Shown in pieces: positions 1 through 9,285 of a stretch of 64,000 bases of DNA (its first letter is position 1; every line of letters begins with the position of its first letter). Made by a program: the position numbers and the translations under genes. The notes under the pieces are model-generated. The model was not told where the DNA came from. It ran no database searches and saw nothing but the letters and a program-made list of their open reading frames with translations. Location of the stretch: contig NZ_BOPZ01000012.1 of the NCBI RefSeq assembly GCF_018332455.1, positions 31,443 through 95,442 on the forward strand, written 5' to 3'. The stretch comes from Clostridium polyendosporum (GTDB lineage: Bacteria; Bacillota; Clostridia; Clostridiales; Clostridiaceae).

Positions 1-1
1 T

Positions 2-784
2 CAATTTTATCCGGAAGTAGTTAGAGGAGCAGAGGATGTTTCTAATATTTATGACTATAATGTAATTTTATGTAACTCTGATGTTGATGTGGAAAAGGAA
101 AAGGAGTATCTTAAGGTTCTTAAAGAAAAGATGGTTGATGGAGTTCTTTATATGAGTAGTTCTCTTGATGATGAAATTCTTGATCTTATTAATGAGCTTG
201 ACCTTAAGACTGTACTTGTTGAAACTAAGGATAAAGAAGGTTCATTACCAAGTGTAACTGTAGATAATGTTCAAGCAATTTACGATGCTACAAACTATAT
301 TTTGGATAAAGGGGCCAATAAAGTGGCCTACATAGGAAAGAGAAGAGATGTTAATACTGCTTGGAGTGCTAGATACCTTGGATATGAAAAGGCGCTTCAA
401 GAAAGAGGAATTGAAGTTGATGAGAATTATGTATTTTGTGATACTTTAAGAGTTAAGACAGGGCATGAAGGTGTTATGTCAATCCTTGAAAAGGGCGGAA
501 AACCAGATGCCATAATTTGTGCTTCTGATGAAATTGCTATGGGAGCTATAAATACTTTAAGAGAAAATGGGATAAAGGTACCTGAAGAAGTAAGTGTTAT
601 TGGTTTCAGTAATATTTATGCAGCAGATATATTCTATCCAAAGTTAACAACAATAGCTCAGCCTATGTATGACATGGGTTCAATAGCAATGAGAATGCTC
701 ATAAAAATTATAAATCAAAAACCATTAGATGAAGGGCATGTTGTTCTTCAACATAATTTAATAGAGCGAGAAAGTTCTAGGTAA
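2..784 (+). CDS. LacI-family transcriptional regulator, 5'-truncated at the window edge (C-terminal periplasmic-binding-like sugar-binding domain)
   Basis: The reading frame is open from position 2 (…VVRGAEDVSNIYDYNVILCNSDVDVEKEKEYL…), which is typical of the LacI/CcpA ligand-binding core. The HTH domain would lie upstream of the window. A rho-independent terminator follows the gene. Confidence 0.8.
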   Translation, partial: QFYPEVVRGAEDVSNIYDYNVILCNSDVDVEKEKEYLKVLKEKMVDGVLYMSSSLDDEILDLINELDLKTVLVETKDKEGSLPSVTVDNVQAIYDATNYILDKGANKVAYIGKRRDVNTAWSARYLGYEKALQERGIEVDENYVFCDTLRVKTGHEGVMSILEKGGKPDAIICASDEIAMGAINTLRENGIKVPEEVSVIGFSNIYAADIFYPKLTTIAQPMYDMGSIAMRMLIKIINQKPLDEGHVVLQHNLIERESSR

Positions 785-813
785 AAAAAGCATGCTGTAT
801 AGCATGCTTTTTT
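784..813 (+). terminator. Intrinsic terminator (bidirectional hairpin aagcatgct…agcatgctt with flanking A and T runs)
   Basis: A 9-bp perfect stem followed by TTTTT, with an AAAAAAA run on the other side. It lies between convergent genes. Confidence 0.8.
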
Positions 814-836
814 ACTTTCTTTAGAATAGTTAAGTT

Positions 837-2093
837 TTATCTTATAAATCTACCTTCACTACCATCAGTTTTAATTGTATAAAAAATATAGCTGTTTTTA
901 TCTGTTATATAAATTGGGAATAAAAAAATTCTATCTTTTACTAAAAATATTTGTCCAGGATAAAGGTTATCCTTTGAAACATTAGATATAGTTTTAGTGT
1001 TTAAATTATACTTCTTTAAGAAAAAGTCATTATTTTCATAATTTCTAACATCGTTTGCGATAAAGTAAATATGGTTTTTATCCAAATTAAATGGTATACA
1101 ATTTGTATTTGTAGAAGCGTATGAGAATAGAGTTTTTTTATTGCAAGTTTTTATGTTATATTGAATCAAATAGACTTTATTATTACTAGAAGTATCCCCC
1201 TTGGTGATATGTGAACGGCTATAATAAATATAATCATTATCTACAATAAAATTTAATATAGTATCATTTAACACCTTGGTCAATCTCGTACCGTCTAAAT
1301 TCATTGAATAAAGGAAAGAAGACCAGTTGTTCGTATTATTCTCAGTGTTTTTAAAATTCATCTGTGTGATAGTTTGAAGATATATTTTATCATTAATCAC
1401 TACTAAGTTAGATACATAAAGTATATCTTCTTTCAATTGAATTGGATCAAGTTTTTGACCATTAATGTGGATTCTAAAAACACATTTTTTTTCAGGTTTT
1501 AAGTAATAAATTATATCTTTATAAATATAATATGAGATACATGTATCGTCAATGTTTATGGTGTCTTCTCCAGTTAAAGAAGTTTTTGTGAGAGTTTCGT
1601 TTAAGGTTATATAGTAAAGAGTATTATTTATTATGCACATCATTTTTCCTGCAGGAATATTAAGTTTCTTCATCATAGTTGAACCATCGGACATTACTCT
1701 ATAAATTTGTTTTTCAAGAGCTATTATTGTAGAAAAATATATATACGGTTCATTATAAGTGATAAACCCTCCATTTCTCATGTTTCCTTGTAAAGTAGGT
1801 TCATAAAAAGTTTTTGATAAAACTTGGCTTGCTGTCATTTCACGAAGTGAAATCTGACTCAATCTCAGTAGGCTCGGTGCCTGCTTAGATTTATTGATAG
1901 GTACAGTTAATGAAGAAGGGCTAAGGGTAATATACTCCTTTAGTTGCTTTTTAGATATATTAGTTGTTTGTTCAATGGCTTGAACAGTGGGTATTACTTT
2001 TAAATACTTAAAATATATTACATAGTGTGAGAAAAAGGCTATAGCAGCTATTATATTATAAATAATGGGAAGTGGTATGTGTTTTTTTTTCAT
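837..2093 (-). CDS. Membrane-anchored hypothetical protein with DUF5050-like beta-propeller repeats; the N-terminal region carries an in-frame copy of the dispersed repeat
   Basis: A 418-aa ORF with an N-terminal hydrophobic anchor. Repeated YxxxxDG…KL motifs match the DUF5050 type. Residues ~70-88 (PSLLRLSQISLREMTASQ) are encoded by repeat copy R1. Confidence 0.6.
   Translation of the reverse strand: MKKKHIPLPIIYNIIAAIAFFSHYVIYFKYLKVIPTVQAIEQTTNISKKQLKEYITLSPSSLTVPINKSKQAPSLLRLSQISLREMTASQVLSKTFYEPTLQGNMRNGGFITYNEPYIYFSTIIALEKQIYRVMSDGSTMMKKLNIPAGKMMCIINNTLYYITLNETLTKTSLTGEDTINIDDTCISYYIYKDIIYYLKPEKKCVFRIHINGQKLDPIQLKEDILYVSNLVVINDKIYLQTITQMNFKNTENNTNNWSSFLYSMNLDGTRLTKVLNDTILNFIVDNDYIYYSRSHITKGDTSSNNKVYLIQYNIKTCNKKTLFSYASTNTNCIPFNLDKNHIYFIANDVRNYENNDFFLKKYNLNTKTISNVSKDNLYPGQIFLVKDRIFLFPIYITDKNSYIFYTIKTDGSEGRFIR
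1833..1888. repeat. Dispersed palindromic repeat copy R1 (modules A+B) lying inside a CDS
   Basis: The sequence gtcatttcacgaagtgaaatctgactcaa + tcagtaggctcggtgcctgcttag matches the intergenic repeat family: an A module tttcacNNNgtgaaa palindrome and a B module ggcWtcgagcc hairpin. Confidence 0.7.
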
Positions 2094-2255
2094 CTAAATC
2101 ACCTTTATTAGTATTTCCCATAGTGGTATTTTCTTAGTATTTTTTTTGATTTAATTTTAGTATAGATAGATAATGATTAAAAATAAGTTAATAGAAATAA
2201 AAAGACTATTAAGATAAAGATAACAGAAGATCAGAGCATATGGTTATAAAAATAA

Positions 2256-2325
2256 AACTGAGCAGGTATCGAACTTGCTCAGTTTTAGCTAGATTTCACT
2301 TTGTGAAGTCGCAATAAACTAAAAG
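2256..2325. repeat. Dispersed repeat copy R2 (modules B+A)
   Basis: The sequence ctgagcaggtatcgaacttgctcag hairpin + agatttcactttgtgaagtcgcaa. Confidence 0.7.
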
Positions 2326-2378
2326 ACAACTTGTATCTTTAGTCGTCTTTGTAATAAGTAATATTAAATAAAACTATA

Positions 2379-2564
2379 CTAAATTATTCCTTCAGTCTTT
2401 AATATATCTTCAAGCTCCTGAACTTTTTCCGTTAGCACTAAGAATTGTTCTTTTAAGTTATCCTTAGATAATTCATTATTATCTAAGCTTTTTTCTATTG
2501 CTTCAACAGTTTGAAGTGCCTCATCAATGTCTTGCTGAGCTATCTTTAGATTTTTTTCATCCAT
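2379..2564 (-). CDS. Small coiled-coil hypothetical protein (~61 aa from MDEKNLKIAQQ…)
   Basis: The ORF has a strong SD (aaggagag) 8 nt before an internal ATG. The peptide is charged and helical. No family was recognised. Confidence 0.4.
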   Translation of the reverse strand: MDEKNLKIAQQDIDEALQTVEAIEKSLDNNELSKDNLKEQFLVLTEKVQELEDILKTEGII

Positions 2565-2604
2565 TAAAAACTCTCCTTTATTTTTGTGAATTAAGTATGC
2601 TATC

Positions 2605-2712
2605 ACAGATACACAACTTTATAATTCAATTGATAATTCATGAAAAAGCGTTGCATGTCGAGGCTATTTTCATGAATTGTTTAAGGATTAAAGCTGTATA
2701 TCTTTATAAGTT
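2605..2712. repeat. Dispersed repeat copy R3 (module C: nested inverted repeats)
   Basis: An outer arm gatacacaactt… and an inner perfect inverted repeat aattcatgaaaa/ttttcatgaatt flank agcgttgcatgtcgaggcta. The element is homologous to 3975-4090. Confidence 0.7.
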
Positions 2713-2814
2713 TTAAATTATTAGTTTCTAAAAGTATAGTTTTATGTTATCACTACTAAATTATCTATGCAAGGCATATATTATATGGAATTTAATAAGT
2801 TTTTGGAGGAAGAT

Positions 2815-3390
2815 ATGATTAATTACATATGGTTTACAATGGTATTACTAGGTATAGCAATAGGAATATTTACTGGTAATGGAGAGCTGATTTCAAAAGC
2901 AATCATAGACTCAGCTTCCTCAACCACTGATTTAATGCTGGGATTAATGGGAGTAATGTGCTTTTGGTGTGGAACAATGAAGGTAGCTGAAAAAAGTGGT
3001 TTAACAGATAAATTAGCCAATCTTTTAAAACCTTTTTTAAGAATACTCTTTAAAGGGGCAGCAAGGGATGATAAGGCTTTAGGTGCAATAGTAATGAATC
3101 TTACAGCTAATATGTTCGGGTTGTCTAATGCGGCAACACCCTTTGGTATAAAAGCTATGGAAGAGATGGACAAGTTAAATGATAAGAAAGAAATGGCTAC
3201 TAATGATATGGCACTTTTTCTTGTAATTAATGCTGCTTGTATACAACTAGTACCTTCAACTGTAATATCTATAAGAGCTGCTGAAGGATCCTCTAATCCA
3301 GGGATTATAATAATTCCAGCTACTATAGCAACAGGAGTAGCTGCTTTAGTGGGAGTTATATGTTGTAAAATCCTTCAGAGGTATTTTTAA
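2815..3390 (+). CDS. spmA: Spore maturation protein A (nucleoside-recognition/GATE domain membrane protein)
   Basis: The protein MINYIWFTMVLLGIAIG…GLMGVMCFWCGTMKVAEKSGL… resembles B. subtilis SpmA. An SD ggagga precedes the ATG at 2815. The gene is paired with spmB. Confidence 0.8.
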   Translation: MINYIWFTMVLLGIAIGIFTGNGELISKAIIDSASSTTDLMLGLMGVMCFWCGTMKVAEKSGLTDKLANLLKPFLRILFKGAARDDKALGAIVMNLTANMFGLSNAATPFGIKAMEEMDKLNDKKEMATNDMALFLVINAACIQLVPSTVISIRAAEGSSNPGIIIIPATIATGVAALVGVICCKILQRYF

Positions 3391-3401
3391 GGAGGATAAA
3401 T

Positions 3402-3923
3402 ATGTTTATATATCTATTAAAGAGCATTATACCTCTTATGTTTATTATTATAATAGCTTATGGTATGGTAACTGGTAAAAAGGTTTATGAATGGTTTGTA
3501 GAAGGGGCAAAGGAAGGACTTAAAGTTAATTATAAAATTTTTCCCTATCTTTTATCTATGATAATAGCTGTTAGAATATTTAAGGAAGCAAGATTGTTGG
3601 ACATGATAAATAACTTTTTAGCTCCAGTGGTAGGTCTTATTGGCCTTCCAAGAGAGATAGTACCTTTAATACTTGTTAAACCTATATCAGGAAGTGGAGC
3701 TTTAGGAGTTTTTACAGAGATTCTTAAGGAATATGGTCCAGATAGTTACATAGGCGTGGTAGCTTCTGTAATAATGGGAACCACAGAGACTATATTTTAT
3801 ACTATAACAATATATTATGGTGCTGTAGGAGTTAAGAAAATAAGGCATACTCTATGGGCTGCAATTATGGCCGATCTTACAGCTATAATAATGGCAGTTA
3901 CTATAGTGAGATATTTTTTGTGA
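3402..3923 (+). CDS. spmB: Spore maturation protein B
   Basis: A 173-aa polytopic membrane protein. The SpmB-like sequence (…LVKPISGSGALGVFTEILKEYGPDSYIGVVASVIMGTTETIFY…) lies immediately downstream of spmA. Confidence 0.85.
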   Translation: MFIYLLKSIIPLMFIIIIAYGMVTGKKVYEWFVEGAKEGLKVNYKIFPYLLSMIIAVRIFKEARLLDMINNFLAPVVGLIGLPREIVPLILVKPISGSGALGVFTEILKEYGPDSYIGVVASVIMGTTETIFYTITIYYGAVGVKKIRHTLWAAIMADLTAIIMAVTIVRYFL

Positions 3924-3926
3924 AGT

Positions 3927-3947
3927 GAGTTACGTAGGTAACTTTTT
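3927..3947 (+). terminator. Intrinsic terminator after spmB (agttacgtaggtaact + TTTTT)
   Basis: A perfect 7-bp palindromic stem followed by a T run. Confidence 0.7.
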
Positions 3948-3949
3948 AC

Positions 3950-4118
3950 TTGCTACCATTTCATAAGATGAAATCTAACTCAAACTATATATACACAACT
4001 TCATAACTGAATTTGTAATTCATGAAAAAGCATTGGATGTCGAGGCTATTTTCATGAATTTTTTTAGGGGTGAAGTTGTGTATCTTTAGTAGGCTCGATG
4101 TCTACTTAACTGAGTTAT
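3950..4118. repeat. Dispersed repeat copy R4 (modules A + C + B, composite)
   Basis: It reads atttcataagatgaaatctaactcaa (A), then atacacaacttca…aattcatgaaaaagcattggatgtcgaggctattttcatgaatt…tgaagttgtgtatc (a complete module C with outer and inner inverted repeats), then taggctcgatgtcta (B). Confidence 0.75.
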
Positions 4119-4292
4119 TGCCATCTAGAAAGTAAAATATGGCTAAAAGTGAATAAGTTTTAGGTTTATTTATTTTTATTGCTATATGATTAAATAATAT
4201 AGATACGATTTGTTAATGTAATTATTTAATAAATATGTAATATTTAATGAGTAAAGGTATGCTACTATATTTATAGATAGGGGGGGAAGTGT

Positions 4293-5018
4293 ATGATTGA
4301 AATAATAAGCGTTTCAAAAAGTTATAATAAAATCAATAATGCGGTTGATGATATTAGCTTAACTATAAACAAAGGAGAAGTTTTTGGTTTTTTAGGACCA
4401 AATGGTGCAGGAAAGACTACTACTATTAAGATGATTACTGGAATAATAGCGCCAACTAAAGGAGATATAAAGGTTAGTGGAATAAGTATCACTAAAAATC
4501 CCTTAGAAGCAAAGAAAAAGTTCGCTTATGTACCAGATACTCCAGATATGTTCTTAAGACTAAAAGGTATAGAATACCTTAATTTTATGGCAGATGTTTA
4601 TGGAGTATCAAAGAATGAAAGAAAGAAGAAGATTGAGGATTTAAGCAAACGCTTTGACATGGAAAGTGCGTTAGGGGATAAACTTCAAACTTATTCTCAT
4701 GGTATGAGACAAAAAATTGTGGTGATGGGAGCACTAATCCATGATCCAGAGGTTTGGATACTAGATGAACCGTTAACTGGATTGGATCCTAAGTCGGCCT
4801 ATATTTTAAAGGAAATGATGAGAGAACATACTGATGCAGGAAAAACTGTTTTCTTCTCCACCCACGTTTTAGATGTTGCAGAAAAGGTATGTGATAGAGT
4901 AGCTATAATAAATAAAGGCAAAATATTGTTCTGCGGAACGTTAGCAGAAATGAAGGAGCATTTTAAGGCTAATGAATCATTAGAGCAGATGTTCTTGGAG
5001 TTAACAGAAAATGAATAA
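4293..5018 (+). CDS. ABC transporter ATP-binding protein
   Basis: It has a Walker A GPNGAGKTT, an ABC signature region, and a Walker B ILDEP. It overlaps the downstream permease gene. Confidence 0.9.
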   Translation: MIEIISVSKSYNKINNAVDDISLTINKGEVFGFLGPNGAGKTTTIKMITGIIAPTKGDIKVSGISITKNPLEAKKKFAYVPDTPDMFLRLKGIEYLNFMADVYGVSKNERKKKIEDLSKRFDMESALGDKLQTYSHGMRQKIVVMGALIHDPEVWILDEPLTGLDPKSAYILKEMMREHTDAGKTVFFSTHVLDVAEKVCDRVAIINKGKILFCGTLAEMKEHFKANESLEQMFLELTENE

Positions 5019-6687
5019 AGTATGGATTCTTACTAAGGTTTTCTTAAAAACAGGTTTTGGAGAAGGAACGAGAATAAAGAAACAAAACAATTCTAAGATA
5101 TTTAATATAGTTCTCTTACTAGTTACTATGCCCATGATACTTTTCAGTATAGGAATTACAGTATTTGGAGTGTTTGAAGGGCTAAAAATGATAAATCAAG
5201 AGGATCTACTTATTGGCTTAGCTTATAATATTTCATCTGTGATTACATTTGTATTTGGAATAATGTCAGTGATGAGTATATTTTATTTTTCAAAAGACAT
5301 AAATTTTGTATTGCCGCTACCTTTTAGGCCGAGGGAAATAACCCTAGCAAAATTCATAACAGTAGTAATATACCAGTATGTAGTAACTGCTTTTATCTTA
5401 ATTCCAACTATATTTATATATGGAGTTAGAACAGGTGCAGAGATCGGTTTTTACCTTACATCATTAATTTGTTTTATATTACTTCCTATACTTCCCACAG
5501 TATACTGTTCTCTTATTTCTATGATATTAATGAATTTTACTAATTTATCAAAACATAAAGATGCTTTTAAGATATTCACTGGATTTTTAGCTATAGCTAT
5601 TGCTATAATAGTAAATTTCTTTTCAACTAAAATGGGAGCAAATGCTACAAATGGGCCAGGAGGCATTGCTGATGTAGCCAATTTAGGGAAGAATGTATTG
5701 ATAGATAAGCTCTCAAACTTCTTTATAACGGCAAAGGTAGGAGCTTATGCAACAGTGGGAGATACTCCTTCAAAGATTTTAATAAATATCACATTATTTA
5801 TATTAATAAATGTTTTAGCTGTAATAATATTTTCCTTAGTTACAGATAAGTTTTATTTTAAAGGAGCAGTAGGCGCTTCAGAAAGCTATGGAAGCAGAAA
5901 AAAACTTAAGGAAGAAGTTTTTCAGAAAAGTCTAATAGAAAAATCTCCTTTAAAGACATGGCTAGTAAAAGAATTAACTATACTTGTTAGAACACCAGCT
6001 TATCTTTTAAATTGTGTATCAACAATAGTTATTATCCCAATAATATTAGTAATGCCTATTTTAGCAGAAGAAAATTTTGAAACTGCAGTTTCTAGTGCAA
6101 GGAGGTTTTTATCAAATAGCTCCAATTTTACTATAATTATAGCTGCTACTTTTGGTATAGTATTATTTATTTCTTCCACTAATCCAACGGCTTCAACCTC
6201 CATATCAAGAGAGGGAGACAATTTATATATATCAAAATTCCTCCCTGTAGACTATTTAACTCAACTAACGGCTAAAATTCTTAGTGCTATAATAATCAAC
6301 GGAGCTTTAATTTTAATTGCAGTTGTTGTGATGATTTTGCTAGGAGGTTCTGTTACGGTAATATTGTTAATATTAATTTTAGCAATACTAGAGCTGTACT
6401 TTATGGCTGTAGTAGGAGTTCTTATAGATCTTTCATCGCCAAAACTTGTGTGGGATGATGAACAAAAGGCGGTAAAGCAGAATTTAAACCCATTAAAGTG
6501 TACTTTAATAGGTTTAATATTAGGAGGTGCTAGTACAGGCGTTACTGTAGCTAGCTGGGTATTTATAAAAGGAAGTTTTATTATTTACTTTGGAATTCTA
6601 GCAGTAATAATAATAACTCTTGATGTGGTTATGTATAATTTGCTTAGAACTAAAGGAGTTAAGATGTTTAAAAGCTTAAGTGATTAG
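5011..6687 (+). CDS. ABC exporter permease, large polytopic membrane protein (558 aa)
   Basis: The ORF is highly hydrophobic with multiple predicted TM helices, translationally coupled to the ATPase (overlap 5011-5018). The family cannot be named from sequence alone. Confidence 0.7.
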   Translation: MNKVWILTKVFLKTGFGEGTRIKKQNNSKIFNIVLLLVTMPMILFSIGITVFGVFEGLKMINQEDLLIGLAYNISSVITFVFGIMSVMSIFYFSKDINFVLPLPFRPREITLAKFITVVIYQYVVTAFILIPTIFIYGVRTGAEIGFYLTSLICFILLPILPTVYCSLISMILMNFTNLSKHKDAFKIFTGFLAIAIAIIVNFFSTKMGANATNGPGGIADVANLGKNVLIDKLSNFFITAKVGAYATVGDTPSKILINITLFILINVLAVIIFSLVTDKFYFKGAVGASESYGSRKKLKEEVFQKSLIEKSPLKTWLVKELTILVRTPAYLLNCVSTIVIIPIILVMPILAEENFETAVSSARRFLSNSSNFTIIIAATFGIVLFISSTNPTASTSISREGDNLYISKFLPVDYLTQLTAKILSAIIINGALILIAVVVMILLGGSVTVILLILILAILELYFMAVVGVLIDLSSPKLVWDDEQKAVKQNLNPLKCTLIGLILGGASTGVTVASWVFIKGSFIIYFGILAVIIITLDVVMYNLLRTKGVKMFKSLSD

Positions 6688-6723
6688 AGATATTCATGGA
6701 TATAGTATTAATAATTAATAAAA

Positions 6724-6751
6724 AAGGCAATTTTAAAAGATTGCCTTTTTT
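6724..6751. terminator. Bidirectional intrinsic terminator (aaggcaa…ttgcctt + TTTTT)
   Basis: A stem-loop flanked by A and T runs lies between the convergent ABC permease and MATE genes. Confidence 0.8.
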
Positions 6752-6757
6752 ATTATT

Positions 6758-6830
6758 GTTATTGCACAAAGTGAAATCTGGCTAAGGCTGAGAGGGCTCG
6801 ATGCCTACTTAACTTGAGTTTTAATCTTTA
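6758..6830. repeat. Dispersed repeat copy R5 (A+B)
   Basis: The sequence ttgcacaaagtgaaatctggctaaggctgagagggctcgatgcctacttaacttgag. Confidence 0.75.
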
Positions 6831-6848
6831 AATACAGATATGTCTTTC

Positions 6849-8189
6849 TTAAATGTTCTTATGTTTTCTTCTAAATATAATAAAAATAAGAATTCCGTCT
6901 ATGATCCATTGTATTGAAGTAATGATCCAGACATAAATTACTGATAATTTTAGAAGGTATATTATTACAAACATTAATGGTACCCTTATAATCCAACTGG
7001 TGAAAATAGATACTTTTAGTGGACTTTTTGTGTCACCATTACCTTTAAGTGCTCCGCCCACTACCATGGAGATTGCTATAAAAGGTTGTTCTATAGCAGC
7101 TATCATAAGACATAAAGCTCCTAATCTTATTACCTCTTGTTCTGATGAATTTATAAATAAAGAAATTAGTGTTCTAGGAAATAAGAAAAATAGCATTGAG
7201 CAAAAGGTCATCACTAAGGTTGCTAAAAAAATAGATACATATGCATATTCTTTTGCGCCCTTGTAGTCTTTTTCACCAATCTTATGACCTACTAGTGCTG
7301 TTGCAGCAACAGCAAAACCCCAACCAGGCATAAAAGATATTGATTCTATAGCCGTAGTAATTTGATTAGCTGCAAAGGCTATGCTTCCTAAAGATACAAT
7401 AAAGAAATTACTTAATAGTCTGCTTATGCTAAAGGCACCCTCTTGAAATGATGATGGTATTGAAAGGTCAAATAATCCTTTCAGCATAGAAGTATTCAAA
7501 TCTTTAATATACTTTAATCTTACCTTTATTGATGACACATTGTACATATAGAATACAATAAATAAAAATCCTATAATTTGAGCAGTTGTTGTAGCTATCG
7601 CTGCTCCCATTGTTCCTAATGTAGGAAATCCAAGCTTACCAAAGATTAAAATATAATCTAATGAAAGGTTAACTATGTTTACAATAATTGATGCTAAAAG
7701 TGGGGTTTTAGTATTACCAAATCCTCTTAAAGCTGCATTTAAAGCGTTCATTATCATATTAAATCCAATACCAATGGAAGTGATTTTCATATAAACTGAT
7801 CCTAGAATTACAACTTGTTTTTCTGCGCCCACAGCTGTTAACAGGTGTGTAGAAAGTAGGAAGAAGGTTAGACTGAAAAGTATAGATATAAATAGAGAAG
7901 TTAAAAAGCCTAAAGTAGCATATTCTTCCGCCATAGCATATTCTTTTGCTCCTACGTTTCTTGCCACAAGTGAAGTAATGCCTATAGATATACCACAAGA
8001 TATTAAAATGTTAGAAAAAGTATATAATATCTCTGAACTTAATCCTACACTACTTAGAGCCAAATTACCTCCGTATTGACCAACCATCATGGTATCAAAA
8101 ACCCATATCATCATATATAAGGTCATTTCACCCACAGCAGGAAGGGCAAGCTTTAGTACGTCTTTTACTATTTTTCTATTAAACTTCAT
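6849..8189 (-). CDS. MATE-family multidrug efflux transporter
   Basis: A 446-aa protein with 12 TM-like segments and an architecture typical of MATE (NorM/DinF-like). Confidence 0.85.
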   Translation of the reverse strand: MKFNRKIVKDVLKLALPAVGEMTLYMMIWVFDTMMVGQYGGNLALSSVGLSSEILYTFSNILISCGISIGITSLVARNVGAKEYAMAEEYATLGFLTSLFISILFSLTFFLLSTHLLTAVGAEKQVVILGSVYMKITSIGIGFNMIMNALNAALRGFGNTKTPLLASIIVNIVNLSLDYILIFGKLGFPTLGTMGAAIATTTAQIIGFLFIVFYMYNVSSIKVRLKYIKDLNTSMLKGLFDLSIPSSFQEGAFSISRLLSNFFIVSLGSIAFAANQITTAIESISFMPGWGFAVAATALVGHKIGEKDYKGAKEYAYVSIFLATLVMTFCSMLFFLFPRTLISLFINSSEQEVIRLGALCLMIAAIEQPFIAISMVVGGALKGNGDTKSPLKVSIFTSWIIRVPLMFVIIYLLKLSVIYVWIITSIQWIIDGILIFIIFRRKHKNI

Positions 8190-8792
8190 AAGCTTCTCCT
8201 TTCAAAACATAAGACAATACATTAATAATAAACAAGTTTAATTATTACCGTTAATTCCATATTATATTATCACAAATTTTAAAAATAAAAAAAACATGCC
8301 GTCTAAACTGCATGTTTAATAGAGATATATGTTGTATTGTTAGCAATAATATTCCTATGTAAAAAAGCCCCTATTTATCTTTGCTTATTGCTATTTAATA
8401 TTTATAAAGTTAAAATTGAGTGAAGTGGAAAACAAAACATATTTTATAGCCCCAAAAATATGTTTAAATGTATTATATCAGATACAAAAAATAAAAAAAG
8501 GGGTTTTTAAAGATTAATGATTAATTGCGTATTAGAGGGAAAATACCTGGAAGAGTACAATAATAATCTCTATTATCGATTAATTATCCTAAATAATAGT
8601 TGATTTTGCAGAACTAAAATAATAGTAGAAGGACAGATTGAAGGATTTGTTTTCTTCAAAAGTACAAATTGCTAAAAAGAAGAAGTTTAGTGTTAGTTGA
8701 ATTTTTGCAGAAACTACAAGTTTATTATAAATATGTTTGTAGGTTTTCTAGTTTTACTATTATTATAAAATAGTAAATGAGGTGATAGATAT

Positions 8793-9233
8793 ATGAGAGA
8801 GGATAGATTCTATATAGTAAATGAAAAAGTTCTTCCAGAGATATTTCTTAAAGTTATAAAGGTAAAGGAACTTCTTTATACTGGTCAAGTAAAGGATATT
8901 ACTGAAGGGGCTAGAGAGGTAGGTATAAGTAGAAGTGCTTATTATAAGTATAAGGATTATGTATATCCTATGAGTGAGGGTGTAAATTCAAAGAAGTTAA
9001 CAATGTATGTGTCGGTGAGTCATGAAGCTGGATCCCTTTCTAGAGTACTTGATGAGGTAGCGGAGGCAAAAGGAAATATACTAACTATAAACCAAGATAT
9101 TCCTATAAATATGACGTGTTATTGTACTATTACTATAGACGTTTCTAGTATGAATATACAGGTAAATGAATTAATTGAAAGGATTACAAGTATTCCAATA
9201 GTGAAAAATGTAAAGGTCTTTGCTATGGAATAA
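8793..9233 (+). CDS. ACT-domain protein (UPF0735/PheB-like)
   Basis: A 146-aa ORF. The C-terminal ACT-like region (…LSRVLDEVAEAKGNILTINQDIP…) resembles Bacillus PheB. Confidence 0.65.
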   Translation: MREDRFYIVNEKVLPEIFLKVIKVKELLYTGQVKDITEGAREVGISRSAYYKYKDYVYPMSEGVNSKKLTMYVSVSHEAGSLSRVLDEVAEAKGNILTINQDIPINMTCYCTITIDVSSMNIQVNELIERITSIPIVKNVKVFAME

Positions 9234-9285
9234 TTTGTGTTATAATGCATATAAGAGTAAATATTTAGAAAAAGGAGAGTTATCT

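Noticed and set aside
2498-2716. 72-aa + strand ORF
   Set aside because: It lies entirely within repeat copy R3 and antisense to the small coiled-coil gene. It has no RBS. Palindromic repeats commonly create spurious ORFs.
2823-3173. 116-aa minus-strand ORF
   Set aside because: It is antisense and lies inside spmA. It has no RBS.
5451-6221. Two minus-strand ORFs (76 and 73 aa)
   Set aside because: They are antisense within the ABC permease gene, and their hydrophobic mirror-frame translation is an artefact.
7000-7998. Two ORFs, 88 aa on the plus strand and 79 aa on the minus strand
   Set aside because: They lie inside, or antisense to, the MATE transporter gene.
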